Source: Penicillus capitatus (Eukaryota; Plantae; Chlorophyta). Taken from it: a stretch of 64,000 nt of DNA. A program made the position numbers and the translations under genes. Below, one piece after another: positions 60,796-64,000 of the stretch; the first letter of the stretch is position 1; every line of letters begins with the position of its first letter. The notes under the pieces were generated by a model that did no database searches, was not told the DNA's origin, and worked only from the letters and a program-made list of their open reading frames with translations. The stretch spans positions 612,292 through 676,291 of the forward strand of contig OZ287707.1 of the NCBI GenBank assembly GCA_965649825.1, given 5' to 3'.

Positions 60796-61798
60796 ATGTT
60801 GGTTTGTGCGGAACAAGACCCTTCTTTTGACGCATTCACAAATCCGGAGACCCTTTTGCAGGCCGTTCTATCAGCTGCATGGCTAAAGGCGGCGACCACT
60901 TCTTTTCTTAAACGCGAGAGCGATATCGATCGTCAGCGCAAAGTGGTCGGCGTCGTGCAGAAGGAATCGGCACGTGTCGCGCTCCTCGACGAGCCCGATA
61001 TTGTTCTGTCTTCGAACAGTGCGACAACATGTGTGATTGCGGTCGCCGTGTGCCACCATTCAGGCTATGCTTCTGTGGCGCATTTTGATGAAGGCGTTGC
61101 GACGCGCGCGAACTTTGTGCAATGGCTGCGCGATATGACGCATCCGGATGTGTATCTTGTCGGCGACTTTGCCCTGCCAACGGAATCCAGGGTAAGGATT
61201 GAACTTCACTGTCACAGAATCGGCCGCAGCGTGGTGCTTGGTATAGGTATCGATATCGGCGAGGCTGTTGTGGTTTTTGCATGGCCATTCGACGATTCGT
61301 GCCGTTCTGAAATTGGCATGTGTGCGCGAGGCGAATACGATGGCGGATGGGTTTCCTGCTGCCTACGCGCTGTGCTTCGATTGCCGCCGAGAGTTGGCGT
61401 TTCCCGACGTTCCGCACGTCATCGAGATTCCTGCGTCGATCGAACGCCATGTCAGAATGTGGTGTCAAACGGGACGGAAACTGCAAGACGTGTATGACGA
61501 GGCGAAGCATCAGTTGTGTATTCGTGGATTCCGTATCAGACTTTCTCTCGATCCTTTGTATTATCTCACTCTTTCCGACGCCGAATTGCTGCGACAATGT
61601 TCGACATCACCAGAACACGAGCCGCCAAGCTTCGTCAAAGGCAAAACACCTTTCAGTTGCCGCTTTGTTTTAAAGTTTTCCATAGAGGTGCGAGGGGGAT
61701 GGCAGTGGTTGGCAGACCGACTGTTAGATCCATTGGATCAAGAGGATCAATGGTTTGAATGGCGGAATGGCGTTGGGTGGTGTTGCGTCGATGCATGA
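60796..61798 (+). CDS. NTAN1: Protein N-terminal asparagine amidohydrolase
   Basis: SATTCVIAV...VAHFD, LACVREANT and LRQCSTSPEHEPPSFV. Confidence 0.85.
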
Positions 61799-61922
61799 GG
61801 CGCACATCGACTGGACCATGCATGGGTTTCAAAATGTTGTCAAAAATAACAAATTCTCGGTGCATTTCTCTGGGTTTCTTCACTCAAGAGAGATAATAAG
61901 TTTTCTTTGTCTCGGCACTGCC

Positions 61923-63071
61923 TTACAGAGTGGGTACTCTGTCTTCGTTTCCCAGAATTGTTAGCAGATTGTAGCCAAATGGATCAGCTACATGCTTCGA
62001 CCAGTTGGCGTAGGGTCCTTCGCCTGTAACGGCTGCCTGGACAAAGAATCCCTAGAATCATCCAAACACATGAACCACTGTTCGTAGGAGTCAATGTCAG
62101 AGATCACCAGTGTGGCCATCATTGCCAGTCTTCCATTCTTGATCTCCTTCACTTTGAGTTCTTGGAAGACCTCGGGATCTTTGGCGAAGTCGAACGGATC
62201 GAGGGGTCCACCCGGGTAGAGAGGATCCAATCCTTCGAAGACGGAGGAATCGAATTTTCCAACGCCTGGTGCATAGCCAGATGGTCCCTTTCCTGATCGT
62301 CTGTAGCTCTCGACTGCTGCCATCAATCCCACTTCCACGGCAATGACAGCCACGAGGGGTAAGGGGTTGCCCACGATACCCCAAGGTACAGCAAAGTAGT
62401 TCAGGGTGCCCCCGTCAAGCATACCCGCTCCCGTTTCAAACCATGTGGCCGATTTGATATCTGCACCGTTAGCTGCCAGACCCTCAGGAATGATCATCCC
62501 GGCTACACCCAACATAGCCCAACGGGCATGGATCAATTCAAAAGCGCGGTATTTTTCGACCGTCTCCGCGTCCTTGCCCAGACTCAGGGGATCGTAGCCA
62601 TAGCTGAGAGAAACCCACAATGCGTCAAACAAGACATTGCGTGAATAGGGAGGTATTACTCTCCGGCGAGTTCTCCTGTTAGGTACGGAGCGACTTCAGA
62701 GCTATTTAGGAGACCGATTGGCAGGAAGAGCGCACGGTTGGGTCCTGTCATCAACGGCGTTATCGCACAGAGTGCAGCGAAAGGATGGACGTGCACTCAC
62801 CATACCACTTATTGAGGTTCTGAACTCCACCCTCACCGCCGAACCACCCCTTCGTTTTAACGACGTCCGAGGATCTCGGCTTCGATACGACACGTTTGGC
62901 CGGGGCCGGTTTTCGCGAGGGAGGAGGCGAAGACTTCTTAGGGAAAATCTTTGGAGGCGGAGACTTCTTCGGCAGGGACTTCTTCGGCGGAGATTTTTTC
63001 GATCCTGTCTTTGTGGGCTCCTTCGTCGAAGGAGTTCCAAATCGTTTAAAAAACGCCGCCTGAGTTTTCAT
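61923..63071 (-). CDS. LHCB5: Chlorophyll a/b-binding protein CP26
   Basis: KWYG|[51 protein letters not shown] and [21 protein letters not shown]; chlorophyte-type start MKTQAAFFK. Confidence 0.97.
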
Positions 63072-63406
63072 CTTCGCGCAGACGGGGGTAAAACAGAAGA
63101 GACGGACAAAACGAGGCGAAAGCAAGGCGTTGAGGGTGCAAGAGATTTAGATGATAGATCGTGGTGACGTATGATCGGATCTCAAAGCGTAGGTCATGTT
63201 CAGCGTCGTCAATAATCGTAGACAAAGCACCGTATGTATCTCCTGTCCTTTTCGAAGGGATTTAATGACGTGAAGGATGTGTCGGCATCAAACGAATCAT
63301 CAGAAGAAACGGTTTTCGCTTAAAAGGCTTTCGCGTATCGCAGTTTAGAGAAGTTCTGAATTTTTGGCGCCTCTGAGTTTCGCTTTAGAGCACGCCTTTT
63401 ATCAAC

Positions 63407-64000
63407 ATGAAGAGTCACTACATCTCCCTTTTCTGTCTCCTGCTGTCTTGCTGTGCCGTCTTTGGACAAGAAGGAGAATGTGAAGAATCTGAATTGGGCT
63501 ACGCCTGCAAAAAGCAGATGACAGACTACTATGCGCTGCACTGGTCGTTGGGACCCACGACGAAGGGCGCCGAGGCAGAGGAAGGCGAAATTGCTATCGC
63601 TATGGTTGCTGCGACAGAAGGATGGGTTGGATTCGCTTTCGCCGAGGAGCCAGGTCAGATGGCTCCAGCAGATTTTGTGATTGGCTATGTCGACGGCGAA
63701 GACGTTGTTGTCACTCCATATCGTTCAGAAATACAATCTATCACAGAGGATAATGAAGACGATACCGTCATGCTCGCATCCATTGAAGGAATGGAGGAGG
63801 TAGTCGACGAGAGTACATTTACAACGATCAAATTTGTACGCAGCCTGACAGAAGGCACAACGGAGATTGTGCTGGACGAAGAAATTCCAGTCAACATTGC
63901 CACAGGTGCCGCGGACGTACTCGGGTACCATGGGCCTGTGACACGCATGGCGACGACAGTGATGTTGAGCCTTGCAGACGATGGAACGGAAAAAACAGGT
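63407..64000 (+). CDS. Secreted DOMON-domain protein; 3'-partial
   Basis: Signal peptide MKSHYISLFCLLLSCCAVFG; LHW...GWVGFAFA...MAPADFVIG...IKFVRSL; open to the window end. Confidence 0.8.
   Translation, partial: MKSHYISLFCLLLSCCAVFGQEGECEESELGYACKKQMTDYYALHWSLGPTTKGAEAEEGEIAIAMVAATEGWVGFAFAEEPGQMAPADFVIGYVDGEDVVVTPYRSEIQSITEDNEDDTVMLASIEGMEEVVDESTFTTIKFVRSLTEGTTEIVLDEEIPVNIATGAADVLGYHGPVTRMATTVMLSLADDGTEKTG

Overview
Eukaryotic nuclear DNA from a very compact chlorophyte green-algal genome. Evidence: a chlorophyte-type LHCB5/CP26, beta-amylases, plant-type SF1 with RRMs, GT-AG introns mostly about 40-60 nt, and the standard genetic code; the exact taxon cannot be determined. About 25 tightly packed host genes are recognisable, including a saposin-domain protein, TMEM19/DUF92, TOP2, a lesioned CELF-like RRM gene, a PI-PLC-like protein, REV3, mitochondrial ATP synthase delta, SF1/BBP, an alpha/beta-hydrolase, an ARM-repeat protein, VPS20, a tandem-SpoVS protein, a class-IV aminotransferase-like protein, SGAT, a TRP-like channel, two beta-amylases, DUF493, a jagunal-like protein, an AKR2-like protein, NTAN1, LHCB5 and a DOMON protein. 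The outlier is a ~9.5 kb island (~6.2-15.7 kb) with no recognisable host gene. It holds at least nine related solo-LTR-like elements (TGT...ACA ends; 5-bp target-site duplications on six of them; one nested in another), LINE remnants and one intact orphan ORF. The LTRs fall into two types sharing a promoter block. Type A (~500-670 bp) carries a ~95-113-codon reading frame under clear purifying selection. It has no in-frame AUG start, begins at an invariant CUG in Kozak-like context, and is positioned to read out through the LTR 3' end in the same phase in all four copies (allowing for frameshifts in two). A second highlight is a head-to-head pair: an organelle-targeted tandem-SpoVS protein, and a SpoVS-like domain fused to a class-IV aminotransferase that has lost its catalytic Lys and other PLP-binding residues. 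All calls come from manual reading; no database searches were run.
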